Shown in pieces: positions 46,547-56,801 of a DNA stretch of 64,000 nt. Each line of letters begins with the position of its first letter. Within the stretch, counting starts at the first letter, position 1. The notes under the pieces were generated by a model. That model was given only the letters and a program-made list of their open reading frames with translations. It had not been told where the DNA came from and searched no databases. The position numbers and the translations under genes were made by a program. This DNA is from an uncultured Gammaproteobacteria bacterium (lineage in GTDB: Bacteria > Patescibacteriota > Microgenomatia > UBA8517): assembly GCA_964489145.1 (NCBI GenBank), contig CAZAXL010000004.1, positions 8,176 through 72,175 of the forward strand, in the 5' to 3' direction.

Positions 46547-47226
46547 TTGTTTTCAAGTATTACCTCGGGCTCTTTTTTGACGGCTGGCTTTTCCGGATTG
46601 TAAATTGAATAAAACAAGTTTATAAGATCGGGGGTTGTAAGTTGTTTGAATTTAATTCCAAGTCGTCCTGCCTGACGGACAAGATGGTCGCGTCTTGGGT
46701 AAAGAGCAATTTTTGCTTTTTTAATAACATATGATTTAGTAAATGGAAGGGGTCCGGATAATTTCGTAACCGCGGCTATAGATTTTGCTACCCCAAGCTC
46801 AAGTGGAGACAGATAAAGAACGACAAAAAATCTTTTTCCTAAAACATTTTTCTTTTTAACGGATTCGGTTATAAAGTTTTTATAATCCTGCATGAGATTT
46901 GCAAGAAGGGGCTGAGTAATCTTTTTTGATTGCTCATCCAGAAAGTTTAGATATGATGAAATATCTTTCTTTTGGGTTAAAACAACAATTTGTACGGAGA
47001 AAGTAAGTGAATTTACCATGGCTGCATAAGCAGCAATTACGGCTTCCTGTTCTTTTTCCGAAAGGAGCCCAAAGTTTAGGGAACTTGACTCCATGATAAG
47101 TGCTGCTCCGCCATCTTTATAAATAACGATGTCATTGGTAATGTCGGCAACAGGTACAAAATCTTGAGTGGTTGAAGTTAAAGGTTTGTCGGGAATATTT
47201 ATAAATGGAATTTTAGGTATATTCAT
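46543..47226 (-). CDS. TraC/VirB4-associated protein (resembles the N-terminal region of VirB4 ATPases)
   Basis: TTQDFVPVADI, SLNFGLLSEKEQEA, NSLTFSVQI, KRFFVV; lies between prgI and virB4. Confidence 0.65.
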   Translation of the reverse strand: MNIPKIPFINIPDKPLTSTTQDFVPVADITNDIVIYKDGGAALIMESSSLNFGLLSEKEQEAVIAAYAAMVNSLTFSVQIVVLTQKKDISSYLNFLDEQSKKITQPLLANLMQDYKNFITESVKKKNVLGKRFFVVLYLSPLELGVAKSIAAVTKLSGPLPFTKSYVIKKAKIALYPRRDHLVRQAGRLGIKFKQLTTPDLINLFYSIYNPEKPAVKKEPEVILENK

Positions 47227-48290
47227 TGGTTTGTTAGTATGTTTGTCGGTTGTTGCATTGGGGTTGCTTGAGTCGTCACAAGTGACCTTCCTTCTACCAG
47301 AATCGGGGGAATAATTTCTCCTTTGGCCTCAAAATTAACGGGCATGAATTGATATCCGTCCTTTTCACTGATAATGCCATATTGGCCGTTATCAAGAGCA
47401 GTGACCGCCATAAAGTGTCCGAGCTTGTTGCTTCTAAGGGCTCTAATGGGCCTGCCGTATTCGTCTCTAATCTCAATAATTGCTCCTTCAATAATTCTTC
47501 TTGCCTCGTCAACAACCTGACCCACCACTACGTTGGGATATGTAGGCGGGTTTGGGGGAGTGGCGTCAATTGAAAAAATGGCTTCTCTGGTAGAAACTAT
47601 TTCTTCCCCAGCAATTGTAGGATTAACATGCTGAGTCTGGACTTGCACTGTTTGAGAAACGGGTTGAACCCTTTCCTCGACGACAAGGTGGGTGGTCTGC
47701 ATGGGGGTTATTTTGACAGATGTGCTTACGGGAATCTCCAGTTTTTTGGGAGCAGGGGGGGGTGTTGGGACGGTGGGGGTTTGGGCTGTGGCCACAGGAG
47801 TTACAGGACCTTTAATGCCGGCAAATATACCGGCAAGGGCAGCCAGGAAACCCTGTTCCGCACCCTCCAATTTAGCAAGAGGTCCGGCCATTTGTTTAGC
47901 GCTTTCCAAATAGTTTTTGAGAGCAGCGTCTTGGTTTTGATTTCCCTGTTGGGGCGGAATATTGCTGACCGCAGTTTCATCTTGAAAAAACCTGGGAACC
48001 TCTTTTGTTTTTTTCCAGTTGAAAATTGTTGGAGAATAGATTGTTTTAAAAAACGATAAAATCCACTGTTCCAGGGGACGCTCCTCAAGAGGGACAAAAG
48101 CCATGGCGGCGCCCAAAATTACAGAGACAATTGCAAACGGCCATTTGATTATTCCAATTAAAGGAGATGAATAAAAAATTAAACCAACCAAAAACCCCCC
48201 CGCAAGCTGAAAGAATTGCTTGAGAGTCATATCTCCCACCAACCGGAATTGGTAAGAAGATATATTTTGCGGAATTGGATGTTGTTCCAT
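47223..48290 (-). CDS. prgI: PrgI-family (VirB3-like) protein with C-terminal carboxypeptidase-regulatory-like domain
   Basis: HPIPQNISSYQFRLVGDMTLKQF, two TMs, ERPLEQW; C-terminal GQVVD..IEGAIIEI..SNKLGHF. Confidence 0.8.
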   Translation of the reverse strand: MEQHPIPQNISSYQFRLVGDMTLKQFFQLAGGFLVGLIFYSSPLIGIIKWPFAIVSVILGAAMAFVPLEERPLEQWILSFFKTIYSPTIFNWKKTKEVPRFFQDETAVSNIPPQQGNQNQDAALKNYLESAKQMAGPLAKLEGAEQGFLAALAGIFAGIKGPVTPVATAQTPTVPTPPPAPKKLEIPVSTSVKITPMQTTHLVVEERVQPVSQTVQVQTQHVNPTIAGEEIVSTREAIFSIDATPPNPPTYPNVVVGQVVDEARRIIEGAIIEIRDEYGRPIRALRSNKLGHFMAVTALDNGQYGIISEKDGYQFMPVNFEAKGEIIPPILVEGRSLVTTQATPMQQPTNILTNQ

Positions 48291-48449
48291 GCTTTAAGGC
48301 AGGGCGAAGAATATTAAAAGCAATCTTTTTTGTCTTTACCCTATACTTCTAGGCTACAGCGTGAACGACTGCTTTCAAGTGGTATACTTTTTCACAACAA
48401 ATAAGTATTAATCTTTCGCTTCAAGGCAATCTTGTTATATAATTTACAT

Positions 48450-51152
48450 ATGCCCGACGGTATGTCACCTGAAAACAAACCACAATCAAGTATTGAATTT
48501 ATGAAATCCCTCGGAGGACCGACCAGACTTCCTGCTAATGAAATAACAGGCCAGGCTGCGAAAGATTTTCCTCAACCTGAATCAAGAGCTAATGTTCCGG
48601 ATATAAGGATGCAGGTGGGCAATGGTGATGAAGAAAGTAATGCAGCAGCGGAGCGTGCAAAGCTGGAATATTTAATACGAATGGGTGAGCTTATGGGTTC
48701 AGAAGAGGGTGGGGGTTATTTAAATAAGTTTATAGACAACATTCGGGGTTTATCCAAAAAAGTAGAAGACCCCACAACTCACGAGTCAAGAAATAAAACC
48801 GAGGAAGAGAAAGATAAAGTTAGGGAGAATATTGCAGAGGCTTACGTTCATCTGTGCCATGCAGAGCTTGATGAAATAAACACAATAAATAAATATCTTG
48901 AGGATTTGAAAAACCCATTCCCTTACGATTCAAGGTGGACAATCCAGACTTTTGAAAGGATCGAAGAAAGAATAAATGGAGTACTTAGGGAAAAGAAAGG
49001 TAGGGCAGTTGATGGTGAAGGTAGGGCGCTACTCCATATGTACAAAAGGGATCTGAAGTGGGCGCTAGCCACAGCAAAAATAAACGAAGCAATGGGGCCA
49101 GCCTACGAGCTTTATTTTGACGGTGAGTTAGAAATGCAGCGCCTAAGAACTCCGCATAGCGAAGTTAAAGCATCAGATTTCATGAGTGCTTTTCAGGGAC
49201 ACGAAACCGGTTTTGAGAAGGATGTACTTGATGAAGAAAATAAATTAATACAGAAAACACTTTTGAAGATTCCACCCGAATATCTTAAAGATGTGGACGG
49301 AGAAAACACTTTTAAAGAAAAGACTTTGGTGGAAAAGGCAATAGAATATCAAGATTTATATAGCACACTGTCGCTCGATGCTTTCGCTTCGGCCCAAAAA
49401 AATCTTGAATATGGGTTCGGTGCTGGAGACGATAAAGAAGCTGGAAATCATTATAAAAACATAGATTATGTTACCTTTCGCTTAATGAATGAACTTTTTA
49501 GCTCTTCTAAGGCAGTTGAGGATGGAAAAGTTGTGGAAGCAGAGGACGAGAATTTAGTTTATGTTAATCGAAAAGGAGAGGGATTTAATGTTAAAGCTCA
49601 TCCGATTTTGAACCCTCACAATATGCAGAGGGATGACGATCTTGCCTACCGTCAATATTATTCGAGGATGCATGAGCTTATGCTTCATTGGAATGATGCT
49701 TACAGTAGTCAAATTGATGAAGTTAGGAATGTTTCAGACTTGTCAAAAGACGATATAGACGAAAAAATTAGAGCAATTGCCGACGGAATTGTAGCTAAAG
49801 CGGATAAAAGAGCTAAATCACAAAGAACTTTAGACGAAGGCCATCCGTATGACAGGTTAATAGATACTGTAATTAATTCTCAAATTAATCTGGAACGCGG
49901 AATTCTTGCAAGTGGAGAGTATGGCTGGGGTTGGTCTTATAATGAGAAGACTGATAAAAGAGGAAATGTTGTGGTAGTAAGGAAATCTGAACTTGGAAGC
50001 ATATATGATAACCACGATCTCACAACTATGGTTTATTGGGCTAGGCACATTATTGACTACGATAACATGGGGGAGACACGGGGAGCTCTTCTGTTTCCTA
50101 CAATTGGCAGTTACAGAGAAAGGTGGATGAGCGAACCTCCATATTGGAAGCCGGAATTGACTGAGTTTGCCCAAAATGATAACACTCTTCTTCGAAGATT
50201 AGGGTTGGAAGGCAGTTATGGGATTCTTTCCCAGAAAAATTTCCTGGAGGATAAAGTTGGTAGAAAAACGTACTTTAAGGGGGCGAAAGGGTGGCAAGAG
50301 CAAAAATATGGCAAGTTTGATGAGTCTTGTGCAAAGTATATCAAAGAGAACGCCTGGGCATTTGTTACTTGTTGGTTAAACGAACCTGGTAAAGGGAGCG
50401 ATGAATACAATCTTGTCTTCCCAGTCTTTTTACCGACAATGATTGAAGATGTTAATTTTTGGAGATCTGTTAGCCTCCAGGGACCGTCTGAAAAAATTAA
50501 TACTTACCCTCTTGCAGATCCTAAAAAGGGTGATCCAAAAAGTCTTTGGAATGAAAGGATGGAAGGGAAAAAGTTGTCAGAAATGCGGTGGGAATATATG
50601 TCCAAGTATAAATACAATTGGACAATGGTGAACCTGGATCAGATGGAGCGCTGGTTTGGGCCAATGGTAACGCCACACGATTTCAATAAGTCAACCGCGC
50701 CGGAATTTGAAAAACACTACAACATGCCAGGTGGTAAAAGTGAAAAAGAGGCAGGGAAAAGAGGAAGATTGGGAGCAAGGGGCTCACGTTGGGTGGATGG
50801 AGTTATTAGAGCAACGGTTTTGGCCCAAAACAAGGTGCTATCTGCGGTCCAGTTAAGTGGAGTTATGGGTGTGGATGTTTCTGCGCTTACAAATGTAAAT
50901 GAGAGAAATTCTTCCTTGAATAAGGAATTGGATACATGGAGATTAAATTGGATAGCCCCTTGGATAAACACAATGCTAGATATGCCCTCCGATGTGCGCA
51001 AGGTTAAAAATTATGGAGGAACAGCTGCTCAATCACTTCTGGTGTCTTACCTTCAAGTTCGAAGAATTATAGCCTCTGCTGTTGCCCACAGTAATGGTCA
51101 AAAGCTGGACGTTAACAAATCTATAGACCAAATAGAAGAAGGATTTACTTAA
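48450..51152 (+). CDS. Large (about 900 aa) soluble orphan protein inside the T4SS-like locus
   Basis: Long ORF with no TM or signal peptide; the ATG at 48450 lies 6 nt after TATAAT. Confidence 0.8.
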   Translation: MPDGMSPENKPQSSIEFMKSLGGPTRLPANEITGQAAKDFPQPESRANVPDIRMQVGNGDEESNAAAERAKLEYLIRMGELMGSEEGGGYLNKFIDNIRGLSKKVEDPTTHESRNKTEEEKDKVRENIAEAYVHLCHAELDEINTINKYLEDLKNPFPYDSRWTIQTFERIEERINGVLREKKGRAVDGEGRALLHMYKRDLKWALATAKINEAMGPAYELYFDGELEMQRLRTPHSEVKASDFMSAFQGHETGFEKDVLDEENKLIQKTLLKIPPEYLKDVDGENTFKEKTLVEKAIEYQDLYSTLSLDAFASAQKNLEYGFGAGDDKEAGNHYKNIDYVTFRLMNELFSSSKAVEDGKVVEAEDENLVYVNRKGEGFNVKAHPILNPHNMQRDDDLAYRQYYSRMHELMLHWNDAYSSQIDEVRNVSDLSKDDIDEKIRAIADGIVAKADKRAKSQRTLDEGHPYDRLIDTVINSQINLERGILASGEYGWGWSYNEKTDKRGNVVVVRKSELGSIYDNHDLTTMVYWARHIIDYDNMGETRGALLFPTIGSYRERWMSEPPYWKPELTEFAQNDNTLLRRLGLEGSYGILSQKNFLEDKVGRKTYFKGAKGWQEQKYGKFDESCAKYIKENAWAFVTCWLNEPGKGSDEYNLVFPVFLPTMIEDVNFWRSVSLQGPSEKINTYPLADPKKGDPKSLWNERMEGKKLSEMRWEYMSKYKYNWTMVNLDQMERWFGPMVTPHDFNKSTAPEFEKHYNMPGGKSEKEAGKRGRLGARGSRWVDGVIRATVLAQNKVLSAVQLSGVMGVDVSALTNVNERNSSLNKELDTWRLNWIAPWINTMLDMPSDVRKVKNYGGTAAQSLLVSYLQVRRIIASAVAHSNGQKLDVNKSIDQIEEGFT

Positions 51153-51161
51153 ATTGTATTT

Positions 51162-52889
51162 CTAACGCTCCCCGGGCCCTTTCTGGCCGCCGGTACCTGG
51201 TTGTCCGCCTTGTTTTTGCATACTCTTCAAGATATCATTCAACACTTTCATTGCTCCTCGTCCTCCACCCCTGCTTTCAATTGCTTGCTGCAACCTTCCC
51301 GCTGCATATGTCGTTCCAGCTTCTGCTCCATATTTCTGTACACCGGAGGCAACTCCACTAAACGGTCCCAGAGCCTCACCAATTCCTGTTCCTGCAAATT
51401 CTTTGCCTGCCATAAATGATTCGATAGCCTCAGATATTTTTGGTATCATCATGATTATACCAACACTCATCAACAAAAATGCAATTGCCGTAGCAGAAGC
51501 GGGGTTTCCTAGCATTGGAGGTCCCCAAGCATTGCAAAAATCTAGAGTATTAGCAGGGTCAAAAAATTCAATTCCTGTAAATTTACTTATCAACCCCAAC
51601 TCCAATCTTAGTACGGGTTTAAGTATGCTCATGAGACCGTTGTTGCAAATAGCGCCGTATACAGATGTGGCCATGGAGTATCCCAGTAGGAAAAAAGATA
51701 TATAAATGAATATTCCGGTAAGGGGAAATACTAGTAGTTTTGAAAACAATTTCTTGAGCCAGCTACTAAAACCCGACTGTGGAAAGAGTGTGCCCATGGT
51801 GATCTGGAGTGGGGCAATTATTATAAGGCCATACACTGCCGCTAGGTTTTTAAAAAGCATAAATATGACTCTGACAGTGCTTACAATAAGTATAAGTAGC
51901 AAGATTATTGTGAAGATAATGAGAAGCAGGCTAAAAAGTGTTGAAGAAATATGGAAACCTGAAACCGATGCTAATAAAGCAACGACCGCAGCAACAAAAA
52001 ATAATATTATATATGCGATAAAATAAAAAAATATTGCGATACCACCATCTTGTAGAAGTGGGATAGACCCGTTGATGAAAGCAAAAATAATTTTTCCCTC
52101 TGCCACCTTCAAAAAATTTGTTGGAATAAAGGACGACATCATAGCAGAAAATACACCCATAATGACATATATTAGGTCAATCATGAATCCAGCAATCGCG
52201 AATGAAAATGTTACTAAAATAAGCGAAATAACTATTTTAGGTAAAGCAGATTGAACACTAATTACTAGTTGAGGGGATAACTTAACCCTCAACATGATCA
52301 TAAAAGCGAAAACAATTGTTACTATTACGAACAGGAAGAAGGAGAAATTTCTGGTTAGTCCCCAAAGTGGTCTAATTACTGTTAATACCGTATAACCATA
52401 TCCGGTGGTTTGGGCGTGAACTTCCGTAACCGGGTCCAGTTTTCTTATTATGTTTTTGACATAACTAATGCCAGAAATTGGTCTATCAGCAAAAATCTGG
52501 GAAGCAATAGATGGTTGATGTTGTGTGTTTTCGGTTAAACCAAGGTCGGCTGTAGAATCATTTATAAAATTAGTGAGACCATCAACACAAGCATCTAGTT
52601 GAATATTTGACGCAACGGCCCCCATAAAACAACTGGCAACATCAGTATTGCCTCCGGTTACCAAGTTAATAAACATAGAAGGAAGGCTGTAGATAATCCA
52701 TTGAACCTGAGCTGCGGTATAACGCTCTCCAAAAATTTCATTTTGATTTGAATTGTCGTATACCTTTAGGTACCATTCAGGGAGAGATTGGTTGTACCAA
52801 GTTGTTTGAGCCTTGGCCTGAGAGAATGGGCCGAGGGAAATAAGAAAAGTAGTGCCGATTAGGATGGATATGAGCAGTTTTTTAAACAT
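51162..52889 (-). CDS. VirB6/TrbL-like polytopic membrane protein
   Basis: Signal-like N-terminus, W..TRN, many TMs, IIAPLQI, FSSWLKKL, Gly-rich C-terminal tail; T4SS context. Confidence 0.65.
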   Translation of the reverse strand: MFKKLLISILIGTTFLISLGPFSQAKAQTTWYNQSLPEWYLKVYDNSNQNEIFGERYTAAQVQWIIYSLPSMFINLVTGGNTDVASCFMGAVASNIQLDACVDGLTNFINDSTADLGLTENTQHQPSIASQIFADRPISGISYVKNIIRKLDPVTEVHAQTTGYGYTVLTVIRPLWGLTRNFSFFLFVIVTIVFAFMIMLRVKLSPQLVISVQSALPKIVISLILVTFSFAIAGFMIDLIYVIMGVFSAMMSSFIPTNFLKVAEGKIIFAFINGSIPLLQDGGIAIFFYFIAYIILFFVAAVVALLASVSGFHISSTLFSLLLIIFTIILLLILIVSTVRVIFMLFKNLAAVYGLIIIAPLQITMGTLFPQSGFSSWLKKLFSKLLVFPLTGIFIYISFFLLGYSMATSVYGAICNNGLMSILKPVLRLELGLISKFTGIEFFDPANTLDFCNAWGPPMLGNPASATAIAFLLMSVGIIMMIPKISEAIESFMAGKEFAGTGIGEALGPFSGVASGVQKYGAEAGTTYAAGRLQQAIESRGGGRGAMKVLNDILKSMQKQGGQPGTGGQKGPGER

Positions 52890-52922
52890 GACAGGTGCCT
52901 CTAATTGATTATTAGGATAGCA

Positions 52923-55313
52923 TTAATTTGGGTAATTAGGTAGTGCTATTCCCGGTGCAATGACGGAATAAATAAAGTTCAAATCGTTCGTATAACTTGA
53001 TATTTTATCTTTTTCGTTTTGATTTAGTGGGGAGCAGTGTCCAAACCAAAACATTGAAATAAAGGTACTCATATCCTTTTTACCACACTTGGCAGCGTAT
53101 GAACTTGGTAAATTTAAAAAGAAGTCTAGTTGTTTACTAAAATTATTAGTTGGTACACTTTGATTACCGTGGATGCCAAAATCTTCGACAGGATAGTTTA
53201 CAGCCTCGTAATTACTTGCATCGGATTCATGTATCCAGATGGCAAGAGTAAATATTGGATCTATATTTTTGTTTTTTGACCTCTGAATAACATCATTATT
53301 ACATTCTTTGAAGTAAGGTCTGCCGGGACCCGTCGCATACCAGATCTTGGTTATATTTTCCGCCTCGGTTTTGTTTAAACCATTCACAGCAATTTCCGGA
53401 ATGGTTTGATTGCAATTTATTTCACCGCTACTGCTCGAATCTTCATCAGAATTCGGTGCAAAAGAAATTGCGTCACCAAGCCCTTTGGGTCTGAGAGCGG
53501 TTTGGATACCATTTAAGAAATATTCGGAAATTCCTCCCAGATGGGGGAGTTTTAAATCGGTGTTTGATTGAGAGACATTCGTGCCTGAATAATTAATATT
53601 AGTAGATCCCGGCATATCCATTATCTGCCCGACGCTTCCAGCCGTGTTGGTTTTTGGGAAAATTCTCTTGAAAACCGCCATTGGACCCGCCACAAGGCGC
53701 GACCAAATATCGTCGGCGAGAGGAATTTTTGAGGTAGTTGAGAGGTTGATATAAACATCTTTTTTACACTCCTGGGTAGAAGTGGGCGCGGAGGTCGGGT
53801 TAGCATCAGGATAGAGACAATCTGCTCGGCATTCGTTGGGCGCGCCTCCGAAATAAGTACATCTTTCATAGCAACCGGTGGGGATAGGGGCGTCAAAAGT
53901 ACAAGAAAAATTGGCTGTATAGGAAAGATCCCCCGTCAGCTGTGTGGCAAAAAGATCATCTCCCTTATTTGAACGCACCTCAACGGTATTACAGGAAGTT
54001 TCCGATGCAACATTTGTCGGACTCCCGACTTTATCCTCCCCTTTTGGAGTATAGGTATCTTGCAGGAGAGAACTAAGTTGGTCAGATTCTTCCATGTGGG
54101 AGAAAAAAAGAGTAGCGGGATTTTGATTTGAGAATGCAATATTTTTTACGATTACATTTGAGTCTGACGTGCCTTGCGCGGATGATACTTGGTCGATGGA
54201 AATATTTCCTTCGACATCCTCAGTTGAAGAGAGGGGAATGTAGGAAAAGAGATCCGAATATTCATTCGAAATAAGAATATTATTCAAGCACAAAAGTATT
54301 TTAGGAAAAGGAGTAATAATACAAGAGTTTCCCTGCCATTCCTTATACGCTTTTTGATATGTTAAAGAGTCAAAGGGCTTGCCGCTTGGATCAACTCCCC
54401 AGGAAAGCGGAGGGACTCGATACGGCCAAGCTTTATTCTGGTCTAATGCCTGTGTGATAATATCTCCCGGAATAGATGGAAATGTATTAAGAAAAAGATC
54501 GAGAAGTGAAATGCCGGCGTTTTGTAGGGTATTTACAATCGAAAGATTTCCATCCCAGTTTGTTAATCTCCATTTCTCTTCACCCGGACAATCGGTGGCA
54601 ACTGTTTGACCGACGCCCAGGTTCTCCAAACCCCATTTAAGGAAAGATGGAATTAGGCTGGAGTTGATTTCTTTTTTTGTGCAAACCACAACCTGGTCGT
54701 GTCTTGTGACTTTTGCGTTTTTTATTTGCGTAAACCTATTTGCGTTTTGGATTTCCAACGGAAGAAGCTTGGCTAAGGGGCCAGAAAAATTTACTAATGA
54801 ATCATCGTCACTCTTATCAGGATATTCTTTTTTGTTTGTTACTCCTCCAAGATACCAACTTACGTAATCATTCATTTTGTCGGCGTCTGAAAGCGCGTCT
54901 TCGGTGTTGCCCATAAAAGGCAGGTCCGCACCGCTTAAATCAATCGTTACTTTGTGGCTGGGGACAGACACGTTGTATGTGCAATAAACTTTACTTCCTT
55001 TTGTGGTACAATTTCCGCCTCCTCCTGTGTATGTTTTTTCGATGGTTTCCTTCAAGGTGAGATTGTTTCCGCAAAAAGTTGCCTCACTGGCCGTTTGAGA
55101 AGTGCATTGGGTATTTGCTTGGTATGGACGAAGAGAGTTAAATTCAGTATCGGAAACATTTCCACAGGAGATATTTGTGTTAGCAGGAACTTGGGCATTT
55201 ACAGTTCCAATTTCTAATTTCAAATTTCTAATTTCTAATAAAATTACAATTAATAAAATTACAAGAACTGAAAGTTTAAAATTCGAGATTTTAGATTTGA
55301 GATTGAGAATCAT
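52923..55313 (-). CDS. Secreted Cys-rich protein with a C-terminal lysozyme/SLT-like domain
   Basis: Signal peptide (VNA-Q), many Cys, NIDPIFTLAIWIHESDAS resembling the SLT catalytic E-S helix. Confidence 0.6.
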   Translation of the reverse strand: MILNLKSKISNFKLSVLVILLIVILLEIRNLKLEIGTVNAQVPANTNISCGNVSDTEFNSLRPYQANTQCTSQTASEATFCGNNLTLKETIEKTYTGGGGNCTTKGSKVYCTYNVSVPSHKVTIDLSGADLPFMGNTEDALSDADKMNDYVSWYLGGVTNKKEYPDKSDDDSLVNFSGPLAKLLPLEIQNANRFTQIKNAKVTRHDQVVVCTKKEINSSLIPSFLKWGLENLGVGQTVATDCPGEEKWRLTNWDGNLSIVNTLQNAGISLLDLFLNTFPSIPGDIITQALDQNKAWPYRVPPLSWGVDPSGKPFDSLTYQKAYKEWQGNSCIITPFPKILLCLNNILISNEYSDLFSYIPLSSTEDVEGNISIDQVSSAQGTSDSNVIVKNIAFSNQNPATLFFSHMEESDQLSSLLQDTYTPKGEDKVGSPTNVASETSCNTVEVRSNKGDDLFATQLTGDLSYTANFSCTFDAPIPTGCYERCTYFGGAPNECRADCLYPDANPTSAPTSTQECKKDVYINLSTTSKIPLADDIWSRLVAGPMAVFKRIFPKTNTAGSVGQIMDMPGSTNINYSGTNVSQSNTDLKLPHLGGISEYFLNGIQTALRPKGLGDAISFAPNSDEDSSSSGEINCNQTIPEIAVNGLNKTEAENITKIWYATGPGRPYFKECNNDVIQRSKNKNIDPIFTLAIWIHESDASNYEAVNYPVEDFGIHGNQSVPTNNFSKQLDFFLNLPSSYAAKCGKKDMSTFISMFWFGHCSPLNQNEKDKISSYTNDLNFIYSVIAPGIALPNYPN

Positions 55314-55350
55314 GTCTAATTATTATATCAGTTAAACCTGAGAAGATTTA

Positions 55351-55632
55351 TTAGGGGAGGACTATATTGAAGTTTGTTACATCAACCCCTGTGATATTTG
55401 TGATCAACAAAAGAATTAGATAGGAAAGAAGAATAATGATAAGTCCAGCAATTGCGGAAGTTAGGGTTTTTTTGGCGCTCTCGACAGCTTTTGGGTCACC
55501 ACCGGAAGTGATAAATTTGAACCCCCCAACTACAAGAAGAACAAAGAGAACAATTCCGGCAAAACCTAAAGCATAGCCTACAACCCTTTGGAACAGAACC
55601 CCGAAATCCTCAATTGTTGCAACATCTTCCAT
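55351..55632 (-). CDS. VirB2/TrbC-like pilin 8
   Basis: Two TMs around GGFKFITSGGDPKAVESAKKTLTSAIAGL. Confidence 0.85.
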   Translation of the reverse strand: MEDVATIEDFGVLFQRVVGYALGFAGIVLFVLLVVGGFKFITSGGDPKAVESAKKTLTSAIAGLIIILLSYLILLLITNITGVDVTNFNIVLP

Positions 55633-55677
55633 AACAACACCATTTTAGAGTAAACAGCGAAGTCGAGCAAGAGAGAC

Positions 55678-56025
55678 TTACTGAGGAATGGTAGGAATGG
55701 TCAGGACGTTTAACACATCAAGCCCAAAAAAGACCTTGATGAGAGCCAGAATTGCCCAGGCAGCAAATACGATAACAAGTCCAACTAAGGCCGCTGTTAT
55801 CTGATTTCTTGCAGCTTCTGTTTGAGCCTTGTCTCCACCAGAGGCGATCCAGCGAATTCCACCTATTACTAAAATGAAGAAGAATATGATTGCAGCTATA
55901 ACAACTGAAAGTCTTATTAGACCGGAAACGATTCCAGAAACCGTAAGATTACCCAACGTAGAAAACTGCCCAACTGGCTGAAGATCTATAGGTGCGTTAT
56001 CGGCGACGGCGAGTAATTTTTGCAT
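55678..56025 (-). CDS. VirB2/TrbC-like pilin 7
   Basis: GGIRWIASGGDKAQTEAARNQITAALVGL. Confidence 0.85.
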   Translation of the reverse strand: MQKLLAVADNAPIDLQPVGQFSTLGNLTVSGIVSGLIRLSVVIAAIIFFFILVIGGIRWIASGGDKAQTEAARNQITAALVGLVIVFAAWAILALIKVFFGLDVLNVLTIPTIPQ

Positions 56026-56040
56026 ATCTTATTGTGTATA

Positions 56041-56403
56041 TTATCGAATTATTAGATTACCTATGTCAAGAGTCAATATTGAAACACCAATAAAGCCTTC
56101 TATAAGTTTGACGATAGCAAACACAGAAAACATAATAACGAGTCCGATAATAGCGCTCGTGATTTTTCCTCTTGCGTTCTCAAGAGATTGTTTATCTCCA
56201 CCAGAGGATATCCATTGAATCGCTCCAATAATTAACATAAAGAAAAAAATTACAACCCCAACAACGAAGGCTAAAGTTATAAGGTTGGGGATGAAGGTCT
56301 GAAAAAAACTTAAACCGCTTGCGTTATCACCCAAGCCCCCCAATACTGGATTTTTAATTTCAGAAGCTCCCCCTGTTGCTCCCGCTAGTAAATTATTTGA
56401 CAT
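56041..56403 (-). CDS. VirB2/TrbC-like pilin 6
   Basis: GAIQWISSGGDKQSLENARGKITSAIIGL. Confidence 0.85.
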   Translation of the reverse strand: MSNNLLAGATGGASEIKNPVLGGLGDNASGLSFFQTFIPNLITLAFVVGVVIFFFMLIIGAIQWISSGGDKQSLENARGKITSAIIGLVIMFSVFAIVKLIEGFIGVSILTLDIGNLIIR

Positions 56404-56411
56404 TTTTATGT

Positions 56412-56801
56412 TTATGGATTGACAGTGTTGCCTGTAATAACACTAAAGAGTGATGGAAAATTTAAAATATCGGGAATACCAAGGAGTTCTCCTACCAGTT
56501 TTATGGCAAATATTGAAACAATAACGATGATAAGCCCAATTATTCCGTTTACAATCCTTTTTCTTGCAGATTCGACTGCGGCCTTATCCCCGCCAGAAGA
56601 CATGTAACTAATTGCACCGGTAATAAATAGGAAAACCGACCATATGATTGCTATAACAGTTATTATTCCTATAAACGAAGAAAGGAAGTTTGTAAAGATA
56701 ATATCTGCATTACCGGCCTCGCTTCCTTGGAGTCCAAGTTTGCCAAACCCTTTAAATCCGCCATCTGGAGCTATTTTAATTTCTGCCAATAAATTTTTCA
56801 T
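56412..56801 (-). CDS. VirB2/TrbC-like pilin 5
   Basis: GAISYMSSGGDKAAVESARKRIVNGIIGL. Confidence 0.85.
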   Translation of the reverse strand: MKNLLAEIKIAPDGGFKGFGKLGLQGSEAGNADIIFTNFLSSFIGIITVIAIIWSVFLFITGAISYMSSGGDKAAVESARKRIVNGIIGLIIVIVSIFAIKLVGELLGIPDILNFPSLFSVITGNTVNP

